A DNA stretch of 64,000 bases from Octopus vulgaris (GCA_951406725.2 OX597833.1:65534001-65598000), one strand, 5' to 3'; positions 28,066 to 43,268 are shown, counted from the stretch's first letter. Translations and numbers: made by a program. The notes: generated from the sequence alone by a model not told the origin.

Positions 28066-28388
28066 CATACATACATACATACACACATACATACAAAAGA
28101 CACACATACATACATACATACATACATACATACATACATACACACATACATACATACATACATACATACATACATACACACATACATACATACATACATA
28201 CATACATACATACATACATACATACATACACACATACATACATACACACATACATACATACATACATACATACATACATACATACATACATACACACACA
28301 CATACATACATACATACATACATACATACATACATACATACATACATACATACATACATACATACATACATACATACACACATACATG
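27123..28388. repeat. ~1.26-kb (TACA)n microsatellite
   Basis: Direct reading; explains the 400+ aa MYVC ORFs. Confidence 0.97.
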
Positions 28389-28759
28389 CATAGCCGTATC
28401 CATTTCGTATCTGATTAAAAAGCATTGTTATGTCTCTGAAAGGAATAACGTAAAACCACCAAAATCGAAAGCAGACAGCTGACACATCTCCAACTGTAAT
28501 TTGACATTCTATTAACAGATCAAAGACATCAATGGATATATCAAATCTCCAGCTATCTCTTTCCTTCTTGCTCGGCATCTATTTTATTTCGTTTTGTTTC
28601 GTTCATCCATATTGAATATGTTCTTGTTGTTGCTGTTGCTACTTTAAAATCAATTAGAATTTTGTGTTTTAACCGAGAAATTGTAACTCTTCTGCTTTAC
28701 GTGTTTTTCAGCCAACTGAATTCGCACACATTTCGACACACATGCAACATACACACGAA

Positions 28760-29125
28760 CATACATACATACGTACGTACGTACGTACGTACATACATAC
28801 ATACATGCATGCATACATACATATATACATACATACATACATACATATATGCATACATACATACATACATACATACATACATACATACATACATACATAC
28901 ATACGTACATACATACATACATACATACATACATACATACATACATACATACATACATACATACATACATACATACATACATACATACATACATACATAC
29001 ATACATACATACGTACATACATACATACGTACGTACGTACGTACGTACATACATACATACATGCATGCATACATACATATATACATACATACATATATAC
29101 ATATATACATACATACATACATACA

Positions 29126-29157
<32 letters not shown>

Positions 29158-29383
29158 CTCACATCCGTACATCCATACATGCGTACATACATACATGCAT
29201 GCATACATACATACATATATATATGCATACATACATGAATACATACACTCACATCCATACATACTTACATACATACATATACTCACATCCGTACATCCAT
29301 ACATGCGTACATACATACATACATACATACGTACATACATACATACGTACATACATACATACATACATACATACATACATACA

Positions 29384-29417
<34 letters not shown>

Positions 29418-29448
29418 GATGCATACATACATACATACATACATACAC
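28760..29448. repeat. (TACA)n/(TACG)n microsatellite with higher-order duplications
   Basis: Direct reading; ACTCACATCC(G)TAC recurs three times. Confidence 0.95.
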
Positions 29449-29708
29449 TCATATCCATAATTTGTTTTCAATACACGCCTCTGCTACAGTTGTATTAATG
29501 TAATCATGGTGTTTACGTCTTTTCGCGTGAGTACTTGGCTGTTTACAAATTTATCTTTACAAATTCACCTTCAATAATTGCGGACATTCGCAGCTTCATC
29601 TTCTGGGTGAAGTGATATTGACGATGGTTGTCCGCCATTTTATAAGTGCATCTTCCCTCAATCAACGATAAATGTCTCCGCGTCAGTCGGTGTGTTTATT
29701 ATTTCGAA

Positions 29709-30221
29709 CTAGCAGTATCGCCCGGCGTTGCTCGGGTTTGTAAGGGAAATAAATATATAAGCATTTTTAGAGAGTTACTTCCCTTATAGATGCCAATTCG
29801 GGCTTTCTTAGCCGTTTCTGTTTTGGTGTCTTCAAGCCATGAAGTCGTTGTTCTAAAAGAACGCTGGTCTCCTTGACAACGCTTTACGACGTTGATTTCC
29901 TTACACTCCCTTCCCCACAGCTTCACGAGGGAGGGAAGAAGGGGGAGAAGCAAACAGGTGCAGGTGTGACCATGGACGCCAACTCCGCCGCCATCGACAC
30001 TCGAAAAATTATGCATTAAAATGGAATAAAAAATAATGTCAAATTATTTTTAAAATCGTAGACTCATCGTAGACGCGCGCTAATACTCAGGCGGGCTCGA
30101 TATGAATGACGACTATAAGATACCCGAATTTGGTTAAACTGCACCGCAAAATGTGGGAGTAGCTAGGAATCTAAATCAAAGGGGACAGACACTCACACAA
30201 CTACAGTTTTATATATATAGA
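29709..30221 (-). mobile_element. Non-autonomous Helitron, copy 1 (513 bp)
   Basis: Minus strand begins A|TCTATATATATAAAA and ends hairpin CCCGAGCAACGCCGGG, 8 nt, CTAG|T; AT target, no TSD; near-identical to 55248-55759. Confidence 0.88.
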
Positions 30222-30478
30222 TAAACTATCCACATGTTGGAAACTAAGTTTAAAATATGGATATATCGTTCCCTACACGTAAGAATATGGGACGTAATTT
30301 AATCACGGACGAAATATATTAAAATTTCCACTGTTTTATAATAAAAATCATTATCGAGAATTTAATTTCATATAATTCCTTAGAATATTTTGGAACAATA
30401 TGGTTTCTCGAAACTTTCGAACGTGAAATCTATAGAGACGATAGGCGCCTAAATCTGAATAATCTAACAGTAAAGAAA

Positions 30479-30600
30479 TGTACGTGCGGGTGCTAAAAAG
30501 GTCCTGGATTTGGCTAAAAGAAAATACAGGACGAAATCATGATTTATTCAACATAATTCCCCTCTCAGGATCACAGATTTATTGCTGCGGTCCTTTAGTT
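30479..30600. mobile_element. mariner-like terminal fragment
   Basis: TA followed by CGTGCGGGTGCTAAAAAGGTCCTGG, resembling a mariner TIR; no partner end seen. Confidence 0.4.
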
Positions 30601-30604
30601 TCTA

Positions 30605-30810
30605 TCTTTGTTTTTTATTTATTTCAATCATTAGACTGCGGCCAGGCTGGGACACCAACATGATGAATTTTTACTTCTTGTTTTAAGCAAGGTACTTATT
30701 CCATCGGACTCTTTTGCCGAACTGCTAAGTTACAGGGAACCAAACACACCAACACCAGTTGCCAAGCGGTGCTGGAGGCGACGACACAAGCACAAAGACA
30801 CACACAAATA
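30605..30810 (-). mobile_element. Family-B SINE 3' half, diverged
   Basis: GACTGCGGCC..GCTGG and CTCTTTTGCCGAAC.GCTAAGT motifs. Confidence 0.7.
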
Positions 30811-30879
30811 CATATATCACACATAGATATATGTACATATATATACACACATATATGTGTGTGTGTGCGAGTGTGTGTA

Positions 30880-30924
<45 letters not shown>

Positions 30925-30932
30925 CTATTTTG

Positions 30933-31136
30933 CTCTTTTACTTGTTTCAGTCATTTGACTGCGGCCACGCTGGAGCACCGCCTTTAGTCGAGTAACTCGA
31001 TCCCGGGTCTTATTCTGTTTGTAAGCCCAGTACTTATTCTATCGGTCTCTTTTTGCCGAACCGTTAAGTGACGGGGACGTAAACACACCAGCATCGGTTG
31101 TCAAGCAATGCTAGGGGAACACACACAGACACACAA

Positions 31137-31205
<69 letters not shown>

Positions 31206-31350
31206 TACGACAGGCTTCTTTCAGTATCCGTCTACCAAATCCACTCACAAGGCATTGGTCGGCAATAAATACACTTGCCCAAGATGCCATGCAGTGAGAC
31301 TGAACCCGAACCATATTGGTTGGTTAGCCTTACCACACAGCCAGCCTGCG

Positions 31351-31352
<2 letters not shown>
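30933..31352 (-). mobile_element. Family-B SINE, near full length, in (TA)n
   Basis: Reverse complement of 23652-24007 and 62959-63354. Confidence 0.88.
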
Positions 31353-31389
<37 letters not shown>

Positions 31390-31398
31390 TGGATTAAC

Positions 31399-31476
<78 letters not shown>

Positions 31477-31763
31477 AGGTGTGTTTATATAACGATTGTA
31501 CAAGTGCTTATTCGATTTTAAATTGCGAGACCCATTTTAATAATTTACAGTTTTTACTTTACCATTTTACAGAATCAGCCACTGATTCTTATTTTCTACA
31601 AATTCACCAGGGAGTAGTAGCGGCACTCATGAGAATAAATAGTATCCAAAATGACGCTGGGTAGGTGGTGTAACAGATTACCAGGGCTCCAACTTCATTG
31701 CTAAGACGGGAGTATAGAACCATTGTAGGTACCGATATAGTGGAATATATAATTATAAATAAA

Positions 31764-32150
31764 CAAGCAGTATCGCCCGGCGTTGCTCGGGTTTGTAAGG
31801 GAAATAACTATATAAGCATTTTTAGAGATGTAAAGTATAATAGCCATCTCAATATGGCTAACCACAAAGGGGGTGTTACTGTAGCTTTTTACGTTCTGAG
31901 ATTTAATAAATTTTTAGAGAGTTACTTCACTTATATATGCCAAAAATGCATTAAAAATGGGAAAAAATGATGGTAAATTTTTTTTAAATCGTAGACTCAT
32001 CGTAGACGCGCGCTAATACCCAGAAGGGCTCGATATGAATCACGACTATAAGATACCTGGTTTGGGTTAAACTGCACCGCAAAATGTGTGAGTAGTTAGG
32101 AATCTAAATCGTAGGAGACAGACAGCACACAACCTCTCTTTTATATATAA

Positions 32151-32153
<3 letters not shown>
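31764..32153 (-). mobile_element. Non-autonomous Helitron, copy 2 (variant interior)
   Basis: Same termini and hairpin as 29709-30221 (CTAG changed to CTTG); different internal segment. Confidence 0.85.
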
Positions 32154-32191
<38 letters not shown>

Positions 32192-32280
32192 ATTAAATAA
32201 GGGTAGAAATTGATATTGATAAATTAGAACAAGTGGCTTAGCAGATTTTTTTAAAATCCGAAGATTAAAAAATGTTTTAC

Positions 32281-32906
32281 ATACAAAATTTAGAGGACTG
32301 ACCACTAAAAGTGGACAGCGTATATTCTAAACATAGACGTCAAATCGCCATTACCTCGAAGAATGTGTTCTCAAGAAAAATCTCTGCAAAAAACCAAAAT
32401 GTAAAAGTAGTCTGTCGTTTAATTTCCAGAACTAGATACAGAAACGCTCAACCGAAATCCAGCAAGTATAAAGTTCTACAAATTATACTTAAGTGTATCT
32501 TTCAAATGACTTCACAGACTATGCTGATGATCTTGCAGAACCTTGCGTGTCCATATATGTATATATTAACAAGCGAAACCAATGGTACTCTTTTTTACTC
32601 TTTTACTTGTTTCAGTCATTTGACTGCGGCCATGCTGGAGCACCGCCTTTAATCGAGCAAATCGACCCCGGGACTTATTCTTTGTAAGCCCAGTACGTAT
32701 TCTATCGGTCTCTTTTGCCGAACCGCTAAGTGACGGTACATAGGTAACCGTTTTTTATTTTGTATATTTTCAATGTCTTGCTTATTTTTACATTTTGGGT
32801 TTTTGCTGAGATTTTTCTTGAGAACACATTCTTCGTGACAATGGCGATTTGACGTCTATGTTTAGTATATATGCTGTCCACTTTTAGTGGTCAGTCCTCT
32901 AAATTT

Positions 32907-32911
<5 letters not shown>
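32281..32911. repeat. ~126-bp inverted repeat pair (32281-32406 / 32786-32911)
   Basis: ATACAAAATTTAGAGGACTGACCACTAAAAGTGGACAGC... and its reverse complement, with few mismatches. Confidence 0.9.
32587..32735 (-). mobile_element. Family-B SINE 3' fragment inside the inverted-repeat spacer
   Basis: TACTCTTTTACTTGTTTCAGTCATTTGACTGCGGCCATGCTGGAGCACCGCC. Confidence 0.85.
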
Positions 32912-32961
<50 letters not shown>

Positions 32962-33102
32962 GTATATATATATATATAGTATGTGTGTGTGTATGTATAA
33001 ATATATATATATATATATATATATACATGATATATAAACATATATATATGTATGTATGTATGTATATATATATATATAACAGATATATATACATGCATAT
33101 AT

Positions 33103-33160
<58 letters not shown>

Positions 33161-33838
33161 TACTATTTACGTTCTTTCGCAAGATTCTTTCAAGTACAAC
33201 CAGATAAATTACCTACATAATGTAAAATAACATTCGCAGAATGAAACGATCGTACTGGAAAATCTTGGAACATTAAATTAAAAGACTATAACACAAAAGT
33301 TACCCCACGTGTCCTGTACTAAGTTTGAAAGAAGTCAATGTTAACGGAACTAAAATGATCAATGATGAAATACAAAATACGATATATATGTATATACATA
33401 AATTTATATATATATGTGTGTGTATCTATGTTCATGTATATATATATATATATACACACATTTATATATACATATATATATAGAGAGAGAGAGCATTTGT
33501 ATGTATATACATATATGTATATATGCATATGTGCGTGTTTCTATGTATGTATGTATATACTGTGCTCTTTCTTTTCTTTGCTACCAAAAATCTACACTGC
33601 TTGCGGTTACTGAAGCGAAAATCTATTCACTTTGTAATGTTCCTGCTAAACATACCAAGTGTCACACAAACTCGTGTGTTGCTTACAAACTCTTGAGCCG
33701 ATTAAAACCATTCCTTTATTTTTTGAATATGTTAAAATTTATTTATATATTCCCGTTTCTTTTTCCGTTATCTTAGTGAATTATTTTTCCTTTACAATTC
33801 TGCACAAAAAGCGACTCCACCTTCTTAAAGACGAATAA

Positions 33839-33909
<71 letters not shown>

Positions 33910-33917
33910 GTATGTAT

Positions 33918-33995
<78 letters not shown>

Positions 33996-34200
33996 GTATA
34001 TATATATATATATATATGAGTGTGTAAAAGTTTCGATACAAAGCTAAGCTAAAATTCTAAATATGATTATATATTTGTATATGTATATGCATGTAAATAC
34101 ATCTGTTTCGTTCGAGTGTGTTACTGCGTGTATGTTTGTATGTTTGTATGTTTGCGTATACGTAGGTCTATGTGATATGTATAATATGTATGTATATGAC

Positions 34201-34254
<54 letters not shown>

Positions 34255-34438
34255 AATATATATGTTTATGACTATTATATATATATATATATATGGATCA
34301 CTACGGTCTTATATATGGATTCGTTAATGTGCACGTATTTAACCTTTATATATATGCGTGTGTGTGTGTGTGTATGTGTGTGTATATGTATATATATATA
34401 TATGTGTAAATATATATAAATATACATATATATATATG

Positions 34439-34471
<33 letters not shown>

Positions 34472-35149
34472 GTAAATATATTCATATAGACATATATGTG
34501 TATATATATGTATATATATATATATATCATGATGATAAAGGAACGAAAAAAGTACTCGCAGTCTTTTGTTGTTAGTTTTTTTTTTTTTAGGGGTCGGTGG
34601 TGAAGATGGTGGTGATGGCGGCGGCGTCAGTAGTGGTTGTGATGTCGTTGGTATTTTAAAATTTTTTTTCAGACGTTGAAATAAAAAGAAAAACTCACAA
34701 ACGCTGTATATTTTTTCTTCCTTTTGTTCTCACAGTTTCAGTTCGTCTCCAAGATGTGGTAAAAATCGAAAATATTTAAATTTCATTTGAAATTGTTGCA
34801 TACATATAAATCTCTGTGTGTTGGTGTGTGGCTGTGTGTGTGTGTCTGTTTCTGTGTGTGTGTCTGTTTCTGTGTGTGTGTCTGTTTCTGTGTGTGGGGG
34901 TGTTTCAATGTGTGTGCATGTGTGTATACTCGGCCATCTATGAACAAATTCAAAGACAATATATAGAAAGGATCAGCATAACACTAAATAATGATTGATA
35001 ATAATAATAATAATTATTATTATTATTATCATTATTATTATTATTAATATTATTACTATTATTATTATTATTATTATTATGTTATCTTTTAATCTGCATT
35101 TTTGTTACAGTCACTTGCCGAGACACAATTATTTCTGCTGTAGGCTCCT

Positions 35150-35345
35150 GACGTAAAATTTGTGTGGGGGAGGCTCTTGTCGTTTACATCGATATCAATG
35201 ACCAACTTATACATATTTCATTGCCTTCGAAAGGATGAAAAACATAGTTAACGTTGAAGGCGTTTGAACCTCCAATGTAAAGCCGGGAGACATACCGCTA
35301 AGTATTTTGTCCGGCGTGTTAACGATACTGCCATCTCGCTGCCAT
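35150..35345 (-). mobile_element. Old family-A SINE
   Basis: CGAAAGGATGAAA and CCGGCGTGTTAACGATACTGCCATCTCGCTGCC. Confidence 0.65.
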
Positions 35346-35799
35346 TCGTTTTGATTTAAAAAAGTAAAACAGGAATCAGGTGATGAATTAAATGTTACCT
35401 GGCGATGAAAATAATGAAAGATTTAAGATCAAAAAGGACGAGAATAACGGAATTATTTGGAAGAGATATATGCGAAAAATAAACCTTTTTCTTTTTTGCT
35501 GAAGATGACATTATATAGAAAACCTGATATCAGCGATAAACACATGAACGGTATCAGGTGACGAGTTACGTAACAGGAATACTCCATTAATACTTAAATG
35601 AAATAAAGAAAAACTTCAGAGTCCGAATATACTGACGAAAGAAATTGTAATTATTAATACAGCATTATAAACCCGATGAGGTGAAGGCGTGGGGTTAGGG
35701 GTGTTGCACCCTCGAACTCAAGATCGCCGTTTCGATTCTGAGCTCAGCTACCCGTTGTGTTTTTGAGCAATTTCATGTTGCTGCAGTTCACTCACACTC

Positions 35800-35985
35800 C
35801 TTTCTACTATAGTCACAAGGGGCCTGAAGCGAGGGGGGAGATAGTCGATTAAGTCGACCCAGTACGCAACTGATACTTCATTTATCGTCCCCCGAATGGA
35901 TGTAAGGCAAAGTCGACCGGGGTAGAAACGAAATACTCCCCAGCATATCGTTCAGTGTGGTAATAAATCTGCCAGCTCACCGCCT
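35800..35985 (-). mobile_element. Family-A SINE, alternative tail, internally deleted
   Basis: TTTCTACTATAGTCACAAGG tail, central domain, CTGCCAGCTCACCGCC head. Confidence 0.7.
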
Positions 35986-35994
35986 GAATAACAT

Positions 35995-36056
<62 letters not shown>

Positions 36057-36134
36057 TGTTGTTGTTGTTGTTGAAGAAGAAGAAGAAGAAGAAGAAGAAG
36101 AAGAAGAATTTTAAAAGGAAATGCGTTATGGAAC

Positions 36135-36199
<65 letters not shown>

Positions 36200-36202
<3 letters not shown>

Positions 36203-36595
36203 TATGTAAAAAAATACAAGCTGGGACAAGAACGCAAAATACCCGGAAGACGATACAAAAAACACGGACGGGACACTCGAAGCCCCCAATCCTCAGTCAA
36301 GAACCGGACCATCCTCGCAACCTCGGTTGACCAATCCTGAGATTGCTCCGCCCCGGCCAGCCCCAAAGGAAAATTTAAGCCAAGCGCATTAGATTCCTTG
36401 GAAGAAAGCCTCGAATGTATACAAAACAAGGACGGAAAAACGGACGATGTTACACGTAAAAACAATAATGATAACACGAATAAGAATACAAAAATACGTA
36501 AAAAGAATAACGATAACACGAATAAGAATACGAAAATACGTAAAAACAATAATGATAATAATAATAACAAAAACAGGACGTCACAGCCATACTTC
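36200..36595. mobile_element. Unclassified (TA)n-adjacent repeat with an internal 42-bp tandem
   Basis: CGTAAAAA anchors at 36455, 36497, 36539; the end resembles the reverse complement of 48050-48115. Confidence 0.5.
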
Positions 36596-37395
36596 TAATA
36601 TAAGGATTAAATTTTATTAAAAATTTTTATCAGAGGCCAGTGTATGAAAAATACATTTTAAGGTGAAGATTATAAATACATTTATAAATATAGGCAAAAG
36701 AAAAAAATTCGTTACAAATATGCTGGAAAATAGACGCTAAATCGTCTAACCACATAAAATATTTTCACTATATTATTACACCATGTGTCAAAATGAGCAA
36801 AGCAAGCCAACAGAAATTCATAAGCATTGTAGGTATCGACTTGGATATATTTGGGGTACTTAAATATATACATTACTATGCGTCTGCTTGTCTGTGGGAA
36901 TGTCTAAGTATTTCATTTTGTGTTATGTGTTTCTCGCTGATGAAGGAAATAAGCGTTTTGGATTAATCCAGAAATCGGAACAGATTCGGGGATAACAAAA
37001 ATTTTTATGAATTTGAGCTGGGTTGCTTTCCTCGTTTCGACGTATGATGTAATAATATAGGGAAAATATCTTATGTGCTTAGACACGATTTAGCACCCAT
37101 TTTTCAGAATATTGGCAAAGAATTTTTTCCTTTTGCCATTATTTATAATTATATATATATATATATATTACATATGAGTGTGTAAGTGAGTGTATGAATT
37201 AAGGGGAAGTACAGGCAAACTCGTTAATATGCCGGTCAAAATGTTGTAATATTTTGACACATTTAATGTTCTGAGTTCAAAACCCACCGAGTTCCAAGTT
37301 CACTGTCATCCTTTCGGGGAACGTAATTACCAGTTGAATACGGGAGGCCAAGTAATCGATCAGAGCATTCACCATAATTTGTAGCGATAATAGAA

Positions 37396-37443
<48 letters not shown>

Positions 37444-37787
37444 CAAGATATCGAGAGGGAGACGCATCTATATGTATGTATACATACGTATATATACGCA
37501 TATATACGCACACTAGCATAAGTGCATAAAGAAGTATATATGCATATTTACCATACGCGACATAATTTAATATATACATACAAACACAAATACAAATGGC
37601 TGCCAGAAAACCTACATGCATAGATACCTATGTGCGTTTGTGTATGTGCACATTTGAGCATACATATACATATACCTATATATATATATATATATACATA
37701 TATATATACATACACATATATATATACATACACATACATATACATATATATGTATGTATATATATATGTATATATATATGTATATGT

Positions 37788-37922
<135 letters not shown>

Positions 37923-38314
37923 TATGCTTCCAAGACTAACATGAATCAAAGCATTTGTAGACTAAATTATTAGTCTCTTTGAAAATGATCAAACAACTTT
38001 GGAATATTGTGTTTTTGTCTAAGACACACTTGTTTTCATGGAGTCCTTCATCAGCCAATTATAGGTTTGTTTGTGATAGACAATTATCTTGCTTTGAACA
38101 CTCCCGCTCTTGCTAGATCGGAGAGAATGTCAAACGAAGATAACCGAGGAAAAAATATGGCGTTTTCATGCTTACGTGTATTAAAGAATTACTGGAAGTA
38201 ATGCAGGTTACGTTCAGCAGCTTGATTATGAGTCATGTGTATGACTATGCGAGTATATGTGTACATGCAGGGACACACACACACACACACAGATACATAC
38301 ATACATATACACAT

Positions 38315-38407
<93 letters not shown>

Positions 38408-38436
38408 CAGACAGATAGATAGATAGATAGATAGAT

Positions 38437-38486
<50 letters not shown>

Positions 38487-39354
38487 GTGTATACACAGAC
38501 ATACATACATGCATATATATAAAGATAGATAGATAGAGACGTATAAATATATATCATTTCTACATAAACTATTATCAAAGGGAGACGAAATATATATACA
38601 TTATTTCAATGCAAATATGTATATATTTATATGTATATATGTATATGTATATATGCATGTATGTGTTTGTGTTGCGTGTGTGTGTGTTTATATATTTATA
38701 TATGCTTGTGTATGTAGTTATGTATGTGTATATGTATATATGTATGCGTGTATATACACACCTAGTGGAATCTACCTATAGATATAATATCTTCATATCA
38801 AATATTATTATTACAGGGAGACGGAATATATATACACGATTACACGTATATATGAATATATATATATATATATATATGATTTATATGTTTGTGTTTGTAT
38901 GTGTATATATGTGGATATGCATGTTTGTGTATGCCTGTGTATGTATGTACGTAATATTACTGATATAGCGATTTTGATCTATACATGTACAAGAAAATAT
39001 ACATACGCAATACACACACTAATATGGGTATAGGCATACATACCCACACACTTACATATATCTATATATACTTATAAATATACTTATTTATATGCGTATA
39101 CAGATGAAAATCGATACGTCAGAATCGTAGCTATGTAGGTGAAGTTAGATGTGTGCTTGGGTGTATAGTTAATAAAAGCACAACAAACAGATTATATGAA
39201 CTGAAAGTAAATGTTGTATACAAAATAGAAACACAAGACGACATTTCAATAAGAAACAAAAACAAAAAGGAATTAGAGTTAGAGCGGAGAGGAGAAAAAA
39301 GTGCATAACAAATGCATGGAGAAACTGATGGATAATTCAAAAGTTGAAAGGCAA

Positions 39355-40071
<717 letters not shown>

Positions 40072-40378
40072 CGTTGAAGAAAAATTCATTTAGTTTTGAC
40101 AAATATGGTTGAATTATTTGTTATTTATTTATAATGTCGGTTGGCTGGCTGTTTCGACATCCGAATATGATAACTGTTACAAAAATAGTAGGGCAACATA
40201 ACAACACGAACAACAATAATCCTAGGAATTTTTATAATTTTGCTATGATTAACAATGATATCAAGATCAAAACTATGAATATGTAAAATAATATTTTAAT
40301 AATAAAGTGACACAAATAGACAAGCAAAGAAACGATAAAACATATGAGTGATGCATTCTATCAGACATAATATTAATG

Positions 40379-40467
<89 letters not shown>

Positions 40468-41642
40468 TATAATTATAATAATAATAAATAATAAAAAATG
40501 ATAATAATAATAATAATTATAATTATAATAATAATAAATAATAAAAAATGATAATAATAATAATAATAATAATAACAAATGCCCTGATGCAGTACCAGGC
40601 AGTGGCTCTCATGTCTTCTGATCTTAACTGATTAAAATGTTATCATGTACATTGATTTGTCTTCGTATAAAAGAGGGGCTACAGCAAATATTCTGCTCAA
40701 TACCACAGATTTGCTTATCAGCTGTTTGACGTTAACCTATTGAGCATGTCCCTTAGTGGATGGCGATATGTGCATCTCTGATCTCGTAAAGAAGCATCAT
40801 AGCCAATGTGTACAGAGGAATTCTTTGAGGCTTGGATAATTCATCTCTGGAAACATGGGTGTTTCGTTCAACATCCATAAACAATCCTTATTCAGGGACC
40901 TTTTGAGCGGGATGGGCTACTCGACTACAAGAAAATGCTAACTGACCCCACCTGTAAGTTCATGCGCTGTTTATATTGATATGAGATCACCATGTTGCAC
41001 GTTTAATGAATGCGTTTATCGTTGTAAACATTGGCAAAAACACACCTTTAGTTCCTATAAGTAATTTCTATCAATCTATAAAATTCGAACTCAAAATGTC
41101 TTCTTACGTTTCATTTCCACTACATACATCTATTTCTACGCTTTTAAACTTTATTCTCATTCATCTATCACATTTTAATTTTTCCCTCTTTCTCCCTCCT
41201 CCACTTTCTCTAAATTACATTTGAATTTAATTCTATTTATGATTTTTTTCAAAAATTAATTTCTAGCGTTCTTACATCATATACTTACGTATGAGGTAAT
41301 CACGTTCGGTAAAAAATGGCTTATTTAGGTGTTTTAATCCTTTTTCCCAGACGAGATAATTGCATTGTTTTACATCATTTTTATTCCCTCCGGAATAATC
41401 TCAATGCTTTTTCGAAACATATGTTGGAAGTATAAATGATTTGAATACCACCTGCGTTTGACTCCATTTCTTAATTTATCCATGTTATTCCAAAACAATT
41501 CATTTAACCCTGGAATTTCTACCTTTATATGTAGAATGTAATTTCTTTGGCACTTATGTGTATTTTTGCTACCCTGGTACCTACTTATTCATTTTATCCT
41601 TCTTATTTGTACACACTTAAAAATTTTTACATAAATACGTAC

Positions 41643-41689
<47 letters not shown>

Positions 41690-42777
41690 ACATGCATACA
41701 CACACATACATATATATATTTATACATACACACATACACACACACACACATACATAAATATATGTCAAAAGTGGGGGGATGGAACTGGTAAAATGCATTC
41801 TACATATGTTTCTTAACTAGTCGAAGCTCGTTACCCACTCTTTTACATATTCCACTCCCTGAATTTGGATTTTTATTAGCAATCTTAGCAGCTCTAGTTA
41901 CTAACTGTGAGCTGTACTAGCTTATCAGCTTATCGAATTTCCTCGCGTTTTCGAAATGGGAAAAAGTGTGTAAATCACGAGGCCAATCAATTATTGTTTC
42001 TTGTAACACATTGTCCACTCTTTATTCTTTATACCTGTCACGTAATACTTGAATTCTACCACCTTCCTTCAATTGGATTCCCAGTTCATATTTATATAGA
42101 TGCATACATAATCATATACACATAGAAAAAAGTATACAGATATATACCAAGACACATATCTATATATACATGCATATTAATATATAGATATGTATATATA
42201 TATACAAAATTAAGAGGAATATGTATATATTTATATATACATTTATATATGTAGAATAGGCTTCTGCACATTTTCCCTGAGCCAATATTTTCATTGACAA
42301 GATATTATTCAAACCTATATTATATTATAGATAGAAGGAACATATGTGGCTCAAGAATGCCAACCATATACACACACAGGTATTGAATCCTTGTATCTTG
42401 AGTTTGTGATGTGAACTTGTGAAACAATACGACTTTCAACGCTTATAGAACATAAAAGTAAATTAGGAATTGATAAGGAAAAACTTAGAAACGTCTAATA
42501 CAGATAACAATGAACAGAGTTGGTATAGGTGAGCAATTAACTGGAGTTACAAACAAATACACGACGAGATGATATAAAGTGAAGTGAAATACGATGTGGC
42601 GAAGAAAATGGAGTCGTACTGAACTGAAGTTGAAATGAAATAAATAATGAGAAATTTATATAGCTATAAAAGGAATACAATGGAATCGAAAAGCAATTCC
42701 GATAGTCAGTAATAGATCTTCAATAGACTTTCTACATATGTATTAACTCTGTTTCCATCAAGAGTAGAAACGCTTAC

Positions 42778-42857
42778 TCTTGGACAATGGATAAAATCAT
42801 ATTCCATTAACACCGTCGACGACATCAATTCTTCCATTTTGATAAACACGCCGTGAT
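42778..42857 (-). other. Candidate 80-nt spliced exon (coding status unknown)
   Basis: Minus acceptor AATTTTCCCTCTGCAG| and donor AGA|GTAAGC in non-repetitive DNA; one open frame HGVFIKMEELMSSTVLMEYDFIHCPR; no recognised homology. Confidence 0.3.
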
Positions 42858-43268
42858 CTGCAGAGGGAAAATTGTCATCGAAAATTATGCTGTCTAAAGT
42901 TCTATACTATAATTTGTCCGTAAGTTGAAAGTATTTGGTTGTATGAAAATGAGGCTTTCGGGGGTACATTTAGGACGAGATGATTGGCTGAAAATGTAAC
43001 AGGGAACCAGAATCTATCTATAAAGAATTATCAATTTACTGCTAAGCACAAGCCGAAGATTTGATTTCAGAACTGTAACGCATGGAAATGAGGTGCCATG
43101 CCGCAGAATGCGGAGTTGTAATAGGTTGTGTTTGATGTCTTGCCTAGATTTAAACAATGCGCACCTATGTTCAACCATAAATATGGTTAGTTAAATAAGA
43201 GCATTTATCCATGGTTATCCGTTTATTATACACACATAAATATGTATATATATATATATATATATATA

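Noticed and set aside
28386-28435. Minus-strand exon candidate after TTATTCCTTTCAG
   Set aside because: The only donor lies within the microsatellite, two frames are closed, and no homology is recognised.
27161-29503. ORFs of 200-465 aa (MYVC/HTYI repeats)
   Set aside because: Translations of (TACA)n, which has no stop codon in any frame; no coding signal.
33190-33260. GAAACGAUCGUA palindromic stem III-like motif (similar cases at about 41414 plus and about 60735 minus)
   Set aside because: No intact CUGANGA-type core upstream; cannot be distinguished from chance.
36937-36980. CUGAUGA AGGA...UCCA GAAAUCGG hammerhead-like string
   Set aside because: No valid NUH, stem III or stem I; at best a fossil.
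38020-38056. Minus-strand CUGAUGAAGGACUCCAUGAAAA
   Set aside because: Stem II loop is too short and there is no stem I or III.
40580-40955. Possible HDV-like ribozyme (CCCUGA/UCAGGG, GCUAA)
   Set aside because: Could not build P2, P3 or P1.1 of the nested double pseudoknot.
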